Source: Bacteroidia bacterium (GTDB lineage Bacteria; Bacteroidota; Bacteroidia; Bacteroidales; CAJPTX01). Taken from it: a DNA stretch of 64,000 nt. The DNA lies in contig CAJPTC010000008.1 of NCBI GenBank assembly GCA_905373475.1, positions 490-64,489 of the forward strand, written 5' to 3'. The position numbers and the translations under genes were made by a program. Below the pieces are notes generated by a model, which saw only the letters and a program-made list of their open reading frames with translations, made no database searches and was not told the DNA's origin. Positions 1 to 9,122 of the stretch are shown in pieces. Positions within the stretch are counted from its first letter, which is position 1. Each line of letters begins with the position of its first letter.

Positions 1-1465
1 ATATATTCCGATGCGATTTGGCTACCGTCTTTACCAACTCTCCGAGTGTTTGCTCGGGATGCACGGGAATGAGATCGGTTTCTATTACATTGCGCAGCGA
101 AAGCATGGTAAGCACCGCCTTGTCTTTATGATGCGTGATCAGATCGCCCTGCAGAGCCAGCTGCCGCGTGTAAATAGAGTGCTTATCAAAATACGAGCTG
201 GTGATATACGCCACTGTGGCAGTAATCATAAGCGGCATAAGGAGTACGTACCCGCCCGTGAGTTCCGCTATGAGGAATATCCCCAACAAAGGCGCATGCA
301 TAACTCCTGCCATAGCGCCAGACATGCCTACGAGTACAAAATTTGCTTCGCCCACACCCGCATTCAACCCTTGATTGAGACAAGTACACAAAAAGAAGCC
401 AGAGACTGCGCCTACAAAAAGAGTGGGAGCAAAAGAGCCCCCTACCCCGCCACCTCCGTTGGTTGCTGCCATAGCGAAGACCTTAAGCAATAACAAACCA
501 ACCAAAAAGAGAAGAATTATCCAACGGTTGTTAGCAAAAGCTTCGAGCGGCGAGCTGTGAAGAAGAGTTGTAACGTTTCCCTCAAATAACGATTGTACCG
601 ACTCATAGCCTTCACCATAAAGTGGGGGGAAGAAAAATATCATAACACCCAAGAGTACAGCCCCGATGGCTACCTTTTGATACGGGTGCTGTTTGAAACG
701 ACCGAACCAACTCTCCATACGTACCGCCATTCGGGTAAAATAGACCGATACGAGTCCTGTAAAGAGCCCGAGCAGAAGGTAATAGGGGGTTTTGGGAAGG
801 TCAAACGGAACATTATAGACAAAATGGAAAAGCGTTGCGTCGCCCAAAAGAAAGGAGGAAACAAGCGTTGCCGAGACCGCACTCACTAGCAAAGGTACTA
901 TGGAACTCAGCGTGAGGTCTAGCATCAAGACCTCAAGCGTAAAGACCATGCCCGCCAAGGGGGCTTTGAAAATAGCAGCAACCCCTGCTGCAGCACCGCA
1001 CCCGACCATGAGGTTCATGGTCTTGCTATCTAGCTTTAGTAAGCGTGCTACGTTAGAACCTATCGCCGCTCCTGTTAAGACCACTGGCGACTCTGCCCCT
1101 ACCGAACCTCCGAACCCAATAGTAACGCTACTCGTAAGAATAGAACTCCACGTGTTGTGGAGACGTATACGCCCGCGGTGGCGCGAAATGGCATACAGAA
1201 TACGCGTTACGCCGTGGCTAATGTTATCGCGCACCACATAGCGCACTAACCAATAGGTAAGAAGTATACCTACCCCAGGTAGCACCAAGTAAAGAATACT
1301 ACCATACGGATTGTCTGTCAGAGATAAGACAAACTCGTGCGTCCAGTGCACGGTATGTTTCAGCAACACTGCAGCAAGCCCACAGAGGATACCAACAATG
1401 AAACTCACCACTAGAGCGTGTCGCCGTGTTGCAAGCCGACACCAACCAATAAAACGATTCTCCAT
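1..1465 (-). CDS. ClC-family voltage-gated chloride channel with C-terminal CBS region (3' end runs off the window)
   Basis: It has no stop codon inside the window, so the ORF track omits it. Reverse-complement translation from the ATG at 1465-1463 reads MENRFIGW...GFGGSVGAESPVV...GCGAAAGVAAIFKAPLAG...GGGVGGSFAPTLFVGA...MHAPLLGIFLIAELTG. A CBS-like tail follows (LRNVIETDLIPVHPEQTLGELV). The GxxGxESP and GSFAP motifs match ClC selectivity-filter motifs. The + strand ORFs 11..493 and 900..1241 are its antisense shadows. Confidence 0.85.
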   Translation of the reverse strand, partial: MENRFIGWCRLATRRHALVVSFIVGILCGLAAVLLKHTVHWTHEFVLSLTDNPYGSILYLVLPGVGILLTYWLVRYVVRDNISHGVTRILYAISRHRGRIRLHNTWSSILTSSVTIGFGGSVGAESPVVLTGAAIGSNVARLLKLDSKTMNLMVGCGAAAGVAAIFKAPLAGMVFTLEVLMLDLTLSSIVPLLVSAVSATLVSSFLLGDATLFHFVYNVPFDLPKTPYYLLLGLFTGLVSVYFTRMAVRMESWFGRFKQHPYQKVAIGAVLLGVMIFFFPPLYGEGYESVQSLFEGNVTTLLHSSPLEAFANNRWIILLFLVGLLLLKVFAMAATNGGGGVGGSFAPTLFVGAVSGFFLCTCLNQGLNAGVGEANFVLVGMSGAMAGVMHAPLLGIFLIAELTGGYVLLMPLMITATVAYITSSYFDKHSIYTRQLALQGDLITHHKDKAVLTMLSLRNVIETDLIPVHPEQTLGELVKTVAKSHRNI

Positions 1466-1656
1466 GAAAATTAAGGAAGGGAAAAACACTACAAAAGGAG
1501 GCTTTTAAGTAGTAAATACCTAAAAGACAAAATTCCTCTCCGCAGACATCTGATATGCGATACTGCCAAAAGCGCGCGATGCTCATCAAATAGATAAGCA
1601 AAGCATACTTAGGCAAATCACATTCCTCCTACGAGAGAAGTAACCTACCTAGTTAC

Positions 1657-2355
1657 TTACTTCCGTAACTCAAATTTTCCAGGGTAAATTTCGTAGGTCT
1701 CTTTCCCATAGTGAAAGATTCGAGCGGGCTTCTTACCTATAAGATCCGTCTTCTCGCCCTCGATACGGAGCATCGTACCTTCACGCAGTCCTACGACCGT
1801 CATATCGCGGTTCAGCTCTATGTATTCTATAATTCGCTCTTCGCGCGTCTCGCCTGCATGCCCTGCGGGGTTCGCATCCAAGTAATGAGGATTGATTTGG
1901 AAATCTACCAAGTGTAACGCCTCAAATCCGTGGGGCACTACTGCTGGCATATCATTCGTGGTGCTGATTGTAGGGCAACTTACGTTAGAACCCGCACTCC
2001 ACCCTACGTATGGAGTTCCTGCTATTACCTTTTCGCGTATCACACCCAACAGGTCTTTTTCTTGCATCTGCTGTAACAAGCGCCATGTATTGCCACCACC
2101 GATTACAATAGCCTCTGCATCCTGCAAAAGCTGTTTCGGCGCATCTACTTTATGCACCGAATCTACTGCAATACCCGCTTCAGCAAATCTTTTAGCAACC
2201 TTGTCCAGATAGGCATCGTACGAAAAACGCACGCCCGCGTAGGGTATAAATGCCACTCGTTTCACCCCTTTCAAGAAATTCCCGATCTCGGGCATTGCGT
2301 AAGCAAGATATTCCTCGCCAGCATTAGTCGAATTGCTAATCAGCAGTAGTCTCAT
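1657..2355 (-). CDS. pepE: Dipeptidase E (peptidase S51)
   Basis: At 232 aa it is near-collinear with E. coli PepE as I remember it (LLISNST..., VIGGGNT, GWSAGSN nucleophile motif, TTNDMP, QINPHY, GETREERI). Confidence 0.85.
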   Translation of the reverse strand: MRLLLISNSTNAGEEYLAYAMPEIGNFLKGVKRVAFIPYAGVRFSYDAYLDKVAKRFAEAGIAVDSVHKVDAPKQLLQDAEAIVIGGGNTWRLLQQMQEKDLLGVIREKVIAGTPYVGWSAGSNVSCPTISTTNDMPAVVPHGFEALHLVDFQINPHYLDANPAGHAGETREERIIEYIELNRDMTVVGLREGTMLRIEGEKTDLIGKKPARIFHYGKETYEIYPGKFELRK

Positions 2356-2478
2356 CTCTAATCCCTCGTATTTGGTTAGCGCTAAGTTACAACAAAAAGG
2401 GAATAGCGCAAGGCATTAAACCTGCCCTGCTCTAACTACGCTCTCCGACAAAAACGACAAGGAAATCTGGGAAATACG

Positions 2479-3369
2479 CTATCTACGTGCGCCATACAGT
2501 TTCCGCGCCATATAGACCAGCGAAAAACTGCAAAGCAGCGCTAAAGAGACGATGTAGACATTAAAATCGGGGTCGGCTATGCTAGTCTCCCCTGTCTGGT
2601 TATAAACGATAAAATAGAGCAGTACCGCCCCTGCATTGTTGAACGCATGCACAAAAATAGGAAGCCACAGGGTCTTGCTGTAATAGAAAAGATAGCCCAG
2701 TACAGCTCCGAGAAATACTCGAGCTATGATCCCTGCAAACTGAAAATGCACAATCCCGAATATAATTGCCACGACCCAAATAGCAAGATGCCCATTCATG
2801 CCGCGCTTAATGAATAGGGACTGTAGTAGCCCCCGAAATAGCATCTCTTCGCACACAGCGGGTGCAATAGCTATTACGATAATATTGGCAAACAAAACAG
2901 ACCATTGTTCGGTACAAAGCATTTGCTTAATCAGCTCCTCAGCACTCCGTTCAAAGTCTAGAGCCCATTCAGGAAGGGGAAAAAGACCGTTGAGATAGAC
3001 CAATACCCATACAATGGGCTGAATAACGAACGCAAAGCAAAGAGCTGCGAAAAAGTCGCGAACTCTTAGGAGGTGCGATGCAAAATAGAGTGAATAGGGT
3101 TCTCTATGAATGTGTCGCCAAACAAGAACAGGCAAGCCGATTAAGCAAAAGGTCGAATAGAGTTGTGTGATGCGCAACATCCATGTATTGGATGCATACG
3201 CTGGATAGAACAGTCCGACGATATACGATGTAACCCCAACAAGTATAGCCCCACCTATGATGAGCGAGAGGAGTAAAAGTAATTCTACCGTCACGCTTCT
3301 TTCAGGCGTGGGTTCGGGAACGACCAAGCGAATTTTACTTTGCATGCCAAAAACTTTTATCGTATTCAC
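2479..3369 (-). CDS. CPBP (CAAX/Abi) family intramembrane metalloprotease
   Basis: It is a polytopic membrane protein with the CPBP motifs EEMLFRG, FGIVHF and HAFNN. Confidence 0.8.
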   Translation of the reverse strand: MNTIKVFGMQSKIRLVVPEPTPERSVTVELLLLLSLIIGGAILVGVTSYIVGLFYPAYASNTWMLRITQLYSTFCLIGLPVLVWRHIHREPYSLYFASHLLRVRDFFAALCFAFVIQPIVWVLVYLNGLFPLPEWALDFERSAEELIKQMLCTEQWSVLFANIIVIAIAPAVCEEMLFRGLLQSLFIKRGMNGHLAIWVVAIIFGIVHFQFAGIIARVFLGAVLGYLFYYSKTLWLPIFVHAFNNAGAVLLYFIVYNQTGETSIADPDFNVYIVSLALLCSFSLVYMARKLYGARR

Positions 3370-4276
3370 GCTCGATTTTCACCTCGATAGAATCGGCAAG
3401 GAGCGGGAAAAAATCTAAACCACTCACACGCTCCAGACTATCTATCGTGCAACGAAAAGAATCTAAGGGCTTTGGAGACTCTTCATTGCGAAGCAAGAAA
3501 CCTACAGCCTTCCAATGCCCCGCATTTCGTGTAAGAAGCGCCTTGTAAAAATGGGAAGGAACGGGGATTAGATTATGTCCAATGGTACGCATATCCTCCA
3601 AGAAAAGCGGTCCTGTGGTCACATAGAGCGTATCATTCTGTTCAACCCACCGACGCACCTGCTCTTCAAGATCTTTCCACTTACGGCGATTAAACGCCGC
3701 TAATTGGGGCGAAATATTGGTGAAGTAAAACGATTCTTTCATAGCCTGCGAACTCCAAGCCATATCGGCAGCAGGTGCCAAATGTCCCTTGTCGTACCCA
3801 GTGCGTTTATAATCGCCGTTATTCGCGGTTTCGGACACGCGGGGATCTTGCTTGAATGCTCCTTCACGCTTGGTCACTTTCTGCAATTCAGATGGCAAAA
3901 ACTGGTAGGCTACCCAGACAGATTGTTTGTAGCGTGGCGAAAAAGCGAACGTAAAGCCTAAGTTGTAGAAAACCTCTAGTGTGGTATCGGTAGCAATGGG
4001 TTCTTCGAGATACTTGAGTTTCGATAAATCCTGTCGTAAATCTATTGTCTCGCTTTGCGTTGCAACGGAAGGCAACTCTTTGTTTTCCTCACCCGTAGCA
4101 ACAAGCTTTACACTGTCGGAACGAACAGCTGCATTCTCTTGCGTCTGGGACTTTTGTTCCACCTCCGCAGAATAAGCTGTACTCTGTGCACGGTGCGCTG
4201 TGCCGCACGTTGCCCCCAACAAGACAAAACTCAGGAGGAAGAGGACTATAAAAAGTCGGAATAAAAAGGTTTTCAA
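3335..4276 (-). CDS. Secreted DNA/RNA non-specific endonuclease (endonuclease G/NucA family), probable lipoprotein
   Basis: It carries the active-site block RTGYDKGHLAPAADM...NISPQ. The maximal ORF extends to a GTG at 4420 but adds an Arg/Cys-rich, non-signal-like 48 aa. A TTG at 4276 gives MKTFLFRLFIVLFLLSFVLLGATCG, a classical lipoprotein signal peptide. The start choice is therefore uncertain. Confidence 0.75.
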   Translation of the reverse strand: MKTFLFRLFIVLFLLSFVLLGATCGTAHRAQSTAYSAEVEQKSQTQENAAVRSDSVKLVATGEENKELPSVATQSETIDLRQDLSKLKYLEEPIATDTTLEVFYNLGFTFAFSPRYKQSVWVAYQFLPSELQKVTKREGAFKQDPRVSETANNGDYKRTGYDKGHLAPAADMAWSSQAMKESFYFTNISPQLAAFNRRKWKDLEEQVRRWVEQNDTLYVTTGPLFLEDMRTIGHNLIPVPSHFYKALLTRNAGHWKAVGFLLRNEESPKPLDSFRCTIDSLERVSGLDFFPLLADSIEVKIEREYDKSFWHAK

Positions 4277-4455
4277 TTTCGTAAGCGATTTAATACGCCA
4301 ATGATATACGCACACTAAACACCTCCGAAGAGAACGAAATACACCACAGCGCAAAGGTAGTTTTAATCTTTTAGTAGGGAGTCTACCCCTTTCGGGAAGT
4401 AGCACTTTGGACTTTCGCACTCTAAAAGATTATTAAACAAGGCAAGCTCCTGCGC

Positions 4456-4487
4456 AAAAAAAAAGCGGCGTGCAAAAGCACGCCGCT
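4456..4487 (-). terminator. Rho-independent terminator downstream of the EamA gene
   Basis: On the minus strand the stem AGCGGCGTGC/GCACGCCGCT with a 4-nt loop is followed by a 9-nt T run (an A run at 4456-4464 on the + strand). Confidence 0.65.
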
Positions 4488-4515
4488 AGACGTAATATCC
4501 TTAGTAGATGCAATC

Positions 4516-5463
4516 CTACAAAGGTTGCATCGGAGGTATGCTCTTAGCTCGCCTACGCAAAAACTTTAGCTTCGTTTCAGAGACTAGTATGGCTGCAAAG
4601 ATGAGCACAAAGCCTATGGCAAGCATTGTGGTTATTTTCTCGTTAGTGAAAACCACTCCAAAGAGTACGCAGAAGAGCGACTCTGTTGCTAAAATAATAG
4701 CAGCACTGCTGGCATCGGTAAACTTTTGCCCCAAGTTCTGCAATAACAGTGCGAGCGCCGTAGCTACAATGGCAAGGTAGCCTATGGCAAGCCAAAGCTC
4801 CTGCCCCCATTGCGCCTTCTGTATAACTTCTGGATCTTGTATAAAAACCGTCGCAACGGCAAAAATGCCCGCAAAAAAGAATTGTAGGATAGTAATTAAG
4901 ATCGGGTCTTTCTCGTGACTAAAACGCTCTATCGTAACAATATGAGCCGCGAAGAAAATCCCGCTGAGAAGCGCCAATGCATCTGGTGCAGTAAAACCCG
5001 CGTACTGCGCTTCAAGAGAAGACGAACTCTCGCCAAATGAAATAAGCCCGATCCCTGTAATGCATAGCAGAGCAGCAATGATGTTGTATAGATCGGGTTT
5101 TACACGGTTTACTGCCCACGCCAAAAAGGGAACAATCACACAATAGGCGGCTGACAAGAAGCCACTCCGCCCAGGTGCTCCTTGAGCTTCTGTAACCCCA
5201 AACGTCTGCGCAGAATGCGCCAGAAACAAACAAAAACCTATCACCAAACCACTAACGATGTACGAAGGGTTGATCTGTTTCAAACGCTTAAAAAAGATGA
5301 TCCCCAGTACTGCAAATGCGATGAGAAAACGCAATGCGATGAGTAGATTGGGGTGTATTGTTCCCGTGGTACTCTTAGATACCACAAGTGTACTCCCCCA
5401 TATAATGGCAACCAGCAGCAACGCTAACCGTGCCCACAACTTTGTACTACCTCCAAACCCCAT
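4516..5463 (-). CDS. EamA/DMT-family transporter
   Basis: The 315-aa product has about 10 predicted TM helices and a duplicated EamA-like architecture. Confidence 0.75.
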   Translation of the reverse strand: MGFGGSTKLWARLALLLVAIIWGSTLVVSKSTTGTIHPNLLIALRFLIAFAVLGIIFFKRLKQINPSYIVSGLVIGFCLFLAHSAQTFGVTEAQGAPGRSGFLSAAYCVIVPFLAWAVNRVKPDLYNIIAALLCITGIGLISFGESSSSLEAQYAGFTAPDALALLSGIFFAAHIVTIERFSHEKDPILITILQFFFAGIFAVATVFIQDPEVIQKAQWGQELWLAIGYLAIVATALALLLQNLGQKFTDASSAAIILATESLFCVLFGVVFTNEKITTMLAIGFVLIFAAILVSETKLKFLRRRAKSIPPMQPL

Positions 5464-5582
5464 TATGCCTTATTTCTATTTCAATTTATACCACACGGGC
5501 TAGCTACAAACGCCACGCCGAAAAGAACAGCGCAAAAATAGCAACTCCGTTTAGAACAATGCAGCCTCCCCTCTTGTTCAAT

Positions 5583-5612
5583 AAAAAAGGCGTAGGAGCT
5601 AACCCACGCCTT
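5583..5612 (-). terminator. Probable terminator after the methionine gamma-lyase gene
   Basis: The stem AAGGCGT/ACGCCTT is followed by a T-rich run on the minus strand. Confidence 0.5.
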
Positions 5613-5649
5613 TACTTTGTGCGCCTTGACGACGCCTGTGCTTACTCTC

Positions 5650-6888
5650 TTAGAATGTGCTTGTCTTTTTCGACGGCTTATGAGCCGCCTCAAGCGCTTG
5701 TTTCAAATCTGCAATGATATCATCTGCATCTTCCAGACCCACCGAAAGACGAATGAGCCCATCGGTTATATCGCTCTCGGCACGTTCTTCGGGCGTGTAG
5801 GGCGAGTGTGTCATGCTTGCAGGATGCTGAATAAGTGTTTCGGCATCTCCCAAACTTACAGCCACTTTCGCCAACTGCACCGAATTGATAAGCTTTTTCC
5901 CTACCTCAAGGTCGCCTTTAATTTCAAAAGCAATCATCGCCCCAGGGAGTTTCATTTGCTTCTTGGCCAATTCGTACTGCGGAAAGCTTTTCAAACCTGG
6001 GTAGTAAACCGTCTTTACATCGGGGTGCGCTTCCAAGAACTCAGCCACTTTCTGCGCATTGGCACAGTGACGCTCCAAACGGATAGCAAGTGTTTTCATC
6101 CCTCGCCCAATTAGGTAGGCTTCAAAAGGACCTAAGCATGCGCCCGTCATATCCTTTACCCCTACCAAACGCACCTGATCAATAAACTCTTTCTTGCCCA
6201 CTACAAAGCCCGCGATTACATCGCCGTGCCCATTCAAATACTTCGTAGCAGAATGGATTACAACGTCTGCACCAAGTTCTATTGGGCGCTGGAGATACGG
6301 AGAACAATAGGTGTTATCTACATACACTTGGCAAGCAGGGTTGTGCTTGTGTACCATCTTTGCAATGGCTTCGATGTCTGCCAAGTACATGTTGGGGTTT
6401 GCAGGGGTTTCGAGGTAAACCACCTTCGTATTGGGGCGAAGCGCCTTCTGTACGGCATCAATATCGCGCGTATCGACAAAGGTTACTTCTACACCAAAAC
6501 GCGACAACCCGTGCTTCAAAAACGCGAAAGTACAGCCGTAAAGCGTCTTCGCTGCCACGATGTGATCGCCCGCCGAAACACTAACCCAAAGCGCCGCCGT
6601 AACAGCACCTATACCCGATGCGGTAGACATCGCCGCTTCTGCACCTTCGAGATCTGCCAAACGGACTTCAATCTCTGTACTGTTCGGGTTGCCCAAACGC
6701 GTATAGATATAACCGTCTTCCTCTAGCGCAAACCGACGTCCTCCCTGCTCAGCCGAATCAAACTCAAAAGTCGAGGTCTGATAAATAGGGCTCGCGAGTG
6801 CACCAAACTCGTTGTGGAGATGACCGCTGTGAATTGCTCGCGTGGAAAAGCCGTTAAACTTCTCCTTCTCACTTTTTTTACATGCCAT
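5650..6888 (-). CDS. mgl: L-methionine gamma-lyase (Cys/Met-metabolism PLP enzyme)
   Basis: The 412-aa product has the PLP-lysine block [11 protein letters not shown] and the MGL-typical [10 protein letters not shown]. Long collinear blocks match the Pseudomonas putida MGL sequence as I remember it ([39 protein letters not shown]). Confidence 0.8.
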   Translation of the reverse strand: MACKKSEKEKFNGFSTRAIHSGHLHNEFGALASPIYQTSTFEFDSAEQGGRRFALEEDGYIYTRLGNPNSTEIEVRLADLEGAEAAMSTASGIGAVTAALWVSVSAGDHIVAAKTLYGCTFAFLKHGLSRFGVEVTFVDTRDIDAVQKALRPNTKVVYLETPANPNMYLADIEAIAKMVHKHNPACQVYVDNTYCSPYLQRPIELGADVVIHSATKYLNGHGDVIAGFVVGKKEFIDQVRLVGVKDMTGACLGPFEAYLIGRGMKTLAIRLERHCANAQKVAEFLEAHPDVKTVYYPGLKSFPQYELAKKQMKLPGAMIAFEIKGDLEVGKKLINSVQLAKVAVSLGDAETLIQHPASMTHSPYTPEERAESDITDGLIRLSVGLEDADDIIADLKQALEAAHKPSKKTSTF

Positions 6889-6909
6889 GATGTCTAGTAA
6901 TTTTTAGGT

Positions 6910-6950
6910 AAAAAAATACGAGGCAACGATTTTATTCGCACCTCGTATTT
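6910..6950 (-). terminator. Probable terminator at the end of the mmd operon
   Basis: The stem AAATACGAGG/CCTCGTATTT is followed by a T run on the minus strand. Confidence 0.5.
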
Positions 6951-6964
6951 GCTCATTTCAAACA

Positions 6965-8170
6965 CTACTTTAAGAAGCTCAATAGTACCCCTGCCGCAAC
7001 GGCACTACCGATCACGCCCGCCACATTAGGCGCCATGGCGTGCATCAACAAGTGGTTCGTTTTGTCGTACTGCAAACCTAATGTTTGCGAAATACGCGCA
7101 CTATCAGGCACAGCCGAAACTCCCGCATTGCCAATAAGTGGGTTGATCTTGTTCTCCTTCTTCAGGAACAAGTTCATAAACTTCACAAAGCATACGCCCG
7201 AAGCCGTTGCCAAGAAGAACGAGAAAGCACCAATAGCAAAGACAAGGACAGAACTCCAAGTTAGGAAGCCCTTGTCAACACCGTCAACAATGCGTACCGC
7301 CTGCGTAGAAGCTCCCACGGTAAGCCCCAACAGCATTGTAACAATGTCAATGAGCGGACCTTTCGCCGTATCTGCTAAACGCTTAGTTACCCCACTCTCC
7401 TTCAAAATGTTACCAAAGAATAGCATCCCGAGCAAAGGCAAACCAGAAGGCACTAACAACAAGGTTAGCAACACACCAATTATAGGGAAAAGCACCTTTT
7501 CTGTCTTGCTCACCTTACGGGGCGTGCGCATGCGAATCAGTCGTTCTTTCTTGGTTGTGAAAAGGCGCATTACTGGGGGTTGAATCACTGGCACTAACGC
7601 CATATACGAATAGGCTGAGATGGCAATAGCCCCCATCAACTGCGGTGCGAGCTGCGAAGAGAGGAAGATTGCCGTAGGACCATCTGCTCCACCAATTATC
7701 CCTATAGCGCCTGCCTCTTGGAATGTAAAGACCCCTGTAGCAATAGCCACCATATAAGCCCCGAAAATACCAAATTGCGCCGCTGCACCTATCAAAACCA
7801 ATTTCGGGTTGGCAATAAGGTTTGAAAAATCGGTCATCGCGCCTATACCAAGAAAGATCAGTGGCGGATAGAACCCCTTTACAACACCGTAGTAGAGATA
7901 ACTCAGCACAGAACCACTCTCATATATCCCAATCTGGTAACCCTCCTTGAATGGGATATTGCCGATGATAATCCCAAATCCGATCGGGATAAGCAACAAC
8001 GGCTCATACTCTTTGAATACCCCTAAAAAGATGAAGACACAGCCAATCAGGATCATGAGTATGTGCTTGTAAGTCAAGCCCATAATGCCCGTGAACGAGG
8101 CAAAAGTCGCAAGGTGCTCCCCCATATAGGAGAAGAACCCCTGCGAAGCGTCTAGTAATAGCGATACCAT
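6965..8170 (-). CDS. mmdB: Na+-translocating decarboxylase beta subunit (OadB/MmdB family)
   Basis: It is a 401-aa integral membrane protein with typical OadB blocks (GAMTDF, IGGADGPTAIF, NPLIGNAGVSAVP). Confidence 0.9.
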   Translation of the reverse strand: MVSLLLDASQGFFSYMGEHLATFASFTGIMGLTYKHILMILIGCVFIFLGVFKEYEPLLLIPIGFGIIIGNIPFKEGYQIGIYESGSVLSYLYYGVVKGFYPPLIFLGIGAMTDFSNLIANPKLVLIGAAAQFGIFGAYMVAIATGVFTFQEAGAIGIIGGADGPTAIFLSSQLAPQLMGAIAISAYSYMALVPVIQPPVMRLFTTKKERLIRMRTPRKVSKTEKVLFPIIGVLLTLLLVPSGLPLLGMLFFGNILKESGVTKRLADTAKGPLIDIVTMLLGLTVGASTQAVRIVDGVDKGFLTWSSVLVFAIGAFSFFLATASGVCFVKFMNLFLKKENKINPLIGNAGVSAVPDSARISQTLGLQYDKTNHLLMHAMAPNVAGVIGSAVAAGVLLSFLK

Positions 8171-8174
8171 GGCG

Positions 8175-8627
8175 TTAATCTCCTATCACTACGAGAAGAT
8201 CTCCCTCCATCACCGAGCCACCCTCGCTACAATTGATCGATACTACATGTCCGTCGCGGTCGGCATCGACGTTATTCTCCATTTTCATAGCCTCGAGAAT
8301 AATCAAGGTCTGCCCCTTCTTCACCGCATCGCCTTGTTTTACAAGTACTTTCATGATAACACCTGGCAACGGCGAATTGATACCTGCCCCCGCAGCGGGA
8401 GCAGCTGTACGAGCGGGTTGTGGCTGTGCAGCTGGTGCACTGGGTTGAACAGCTGGCTGTGGCGTAACAGGACGCGGACGTGCAGCTACAGGCGCAGTCC
8501 CCGCGGCGTTACTCTTTTCAACCATGTACAGTTCCCCATTAACCTCAACCTTGGCAGACGAATCAGACTCTTCGCTTATCGTTACCTCGTATGAAACCCC
8601 ATTTATTACGTAATTATACTTCTTCAT
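8175..8627 (-). CDS. mmdC: Biotin carboxyl carrier subunit (MmdC/OadA-C-like)
   Basis: It has a C-terminal biotinyl domain with the EAMKMEN biotinylation motif, preceded by an Ala/Pro-rich linker. Confidence 0.85.
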   Translation of the reverse strand: MKKYNYVINGVSYEVTISEESDSSAKVEVNGELYMVEKSNAAGTAPVAARPRPVTPQPAVQPSAPAAQPQPARTAAPAAGAGINSPLPGVIMKVLVKQGDAVKKGQTLIILEAMKMENNVDADRDGHVVSINCSEGGSVMEGDLLVVIGD

Positions 8628-8705
8628 GATTCAAAATTCTAGGTTCTAAACTTCAACACCCCCTGCGCAGCAAAAACACTGCCGCGAAAAAGATGCCCCT
8701 GTTAT

Positions 8706-9119
8706 TTATCTACGAAAACGGTTGTGCAAAACAGCATAACTCTTAGAATTCCACGGCGAATAGCGACGCGAGAACTCCTGAATCGTAAGTTGTACGATTT
8801 CTTCGTCATGGCGCATATTATTGCTTTCGTGCAAAGCCAAGGAGATAGCCGCAATAACACCCGCCTGATCTACAACCTTCTTATCCCACGCGGAGGTCTG
8901 ACCGTGCGTCTTGGTCGTACTACCCCCCTTAGACAGGTAACGATCTACCCCCTTGCCGATATACTTAAACACCAAGAAGATGAGTAACAGAGCCGATAGC
9001 ACTACTGCCATGGCAACGAGCGTCATGCCGAGCCCCGTAGGGTCGTGCTCAGCAAAATCATTCCCCGCAGCCTGAGCCGCAACTGCAGTCGTAGACTGCA
9101 ATAATAGTATATCTAACAT
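8706..9119 (-). CDS. OadG-family small membrane subunit of the decarboxylase complex
   Basis: It has a single TM helix (LVAMAVVLSALLLIFLVF) and lies between the carboxyltransferase and BCCP genes. Confidence 0.6.
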   Translation of the reverse strand: MLDILLLQSTTAVAAQAAGNDFAEHDPTGLGMTLVAMAVVLSALLLIFLVFKYIGKGVDRYLSKGGSTTKTHGQTSAWDKKVVDQAGVIAAISLALHESNNMRHDEEIVQLTIQEFSRRYSPWNSKSYAVLHNRFRR

Positions 9120-9122
9120 GGC

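Noticed and set aside
11-1241. The + strand ORFs 11..493, 375..560, 593..889 and 900..1241
   Set aside because: They lie antisense to a continuous, motif-rich ClC channel reading frame. Their products are low-complexity, Arg/His/Cys-rich sequences with no recognisable motifs.
7035-7583. A 182-aa + strand ORF inside mmdB. Similar long antisense ORFs occur at 8169..8594, 9918..10382, 17080..17565, 25205..25753, 44433..44963, 48169..48693, 57671..58195 and 59074..59613.
   Set aside because: Each is fully nested opposite a long gene with strong family motifs. They are the shadow ORFs expected in roughly 50% GC DNA, and none has a recognisable domain or its own promoter or terminator context.
8380-8480. 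A GC-rich, repetitive-looking stretch
   Set aside because: It encodes the Ala/Pro-rich flexible linker of the biotin carrier subunit (PVAARPRPVTPQPAVQPSAPAAQPQPA). This is a normal feature of such proteins, not a DNA repeat element.
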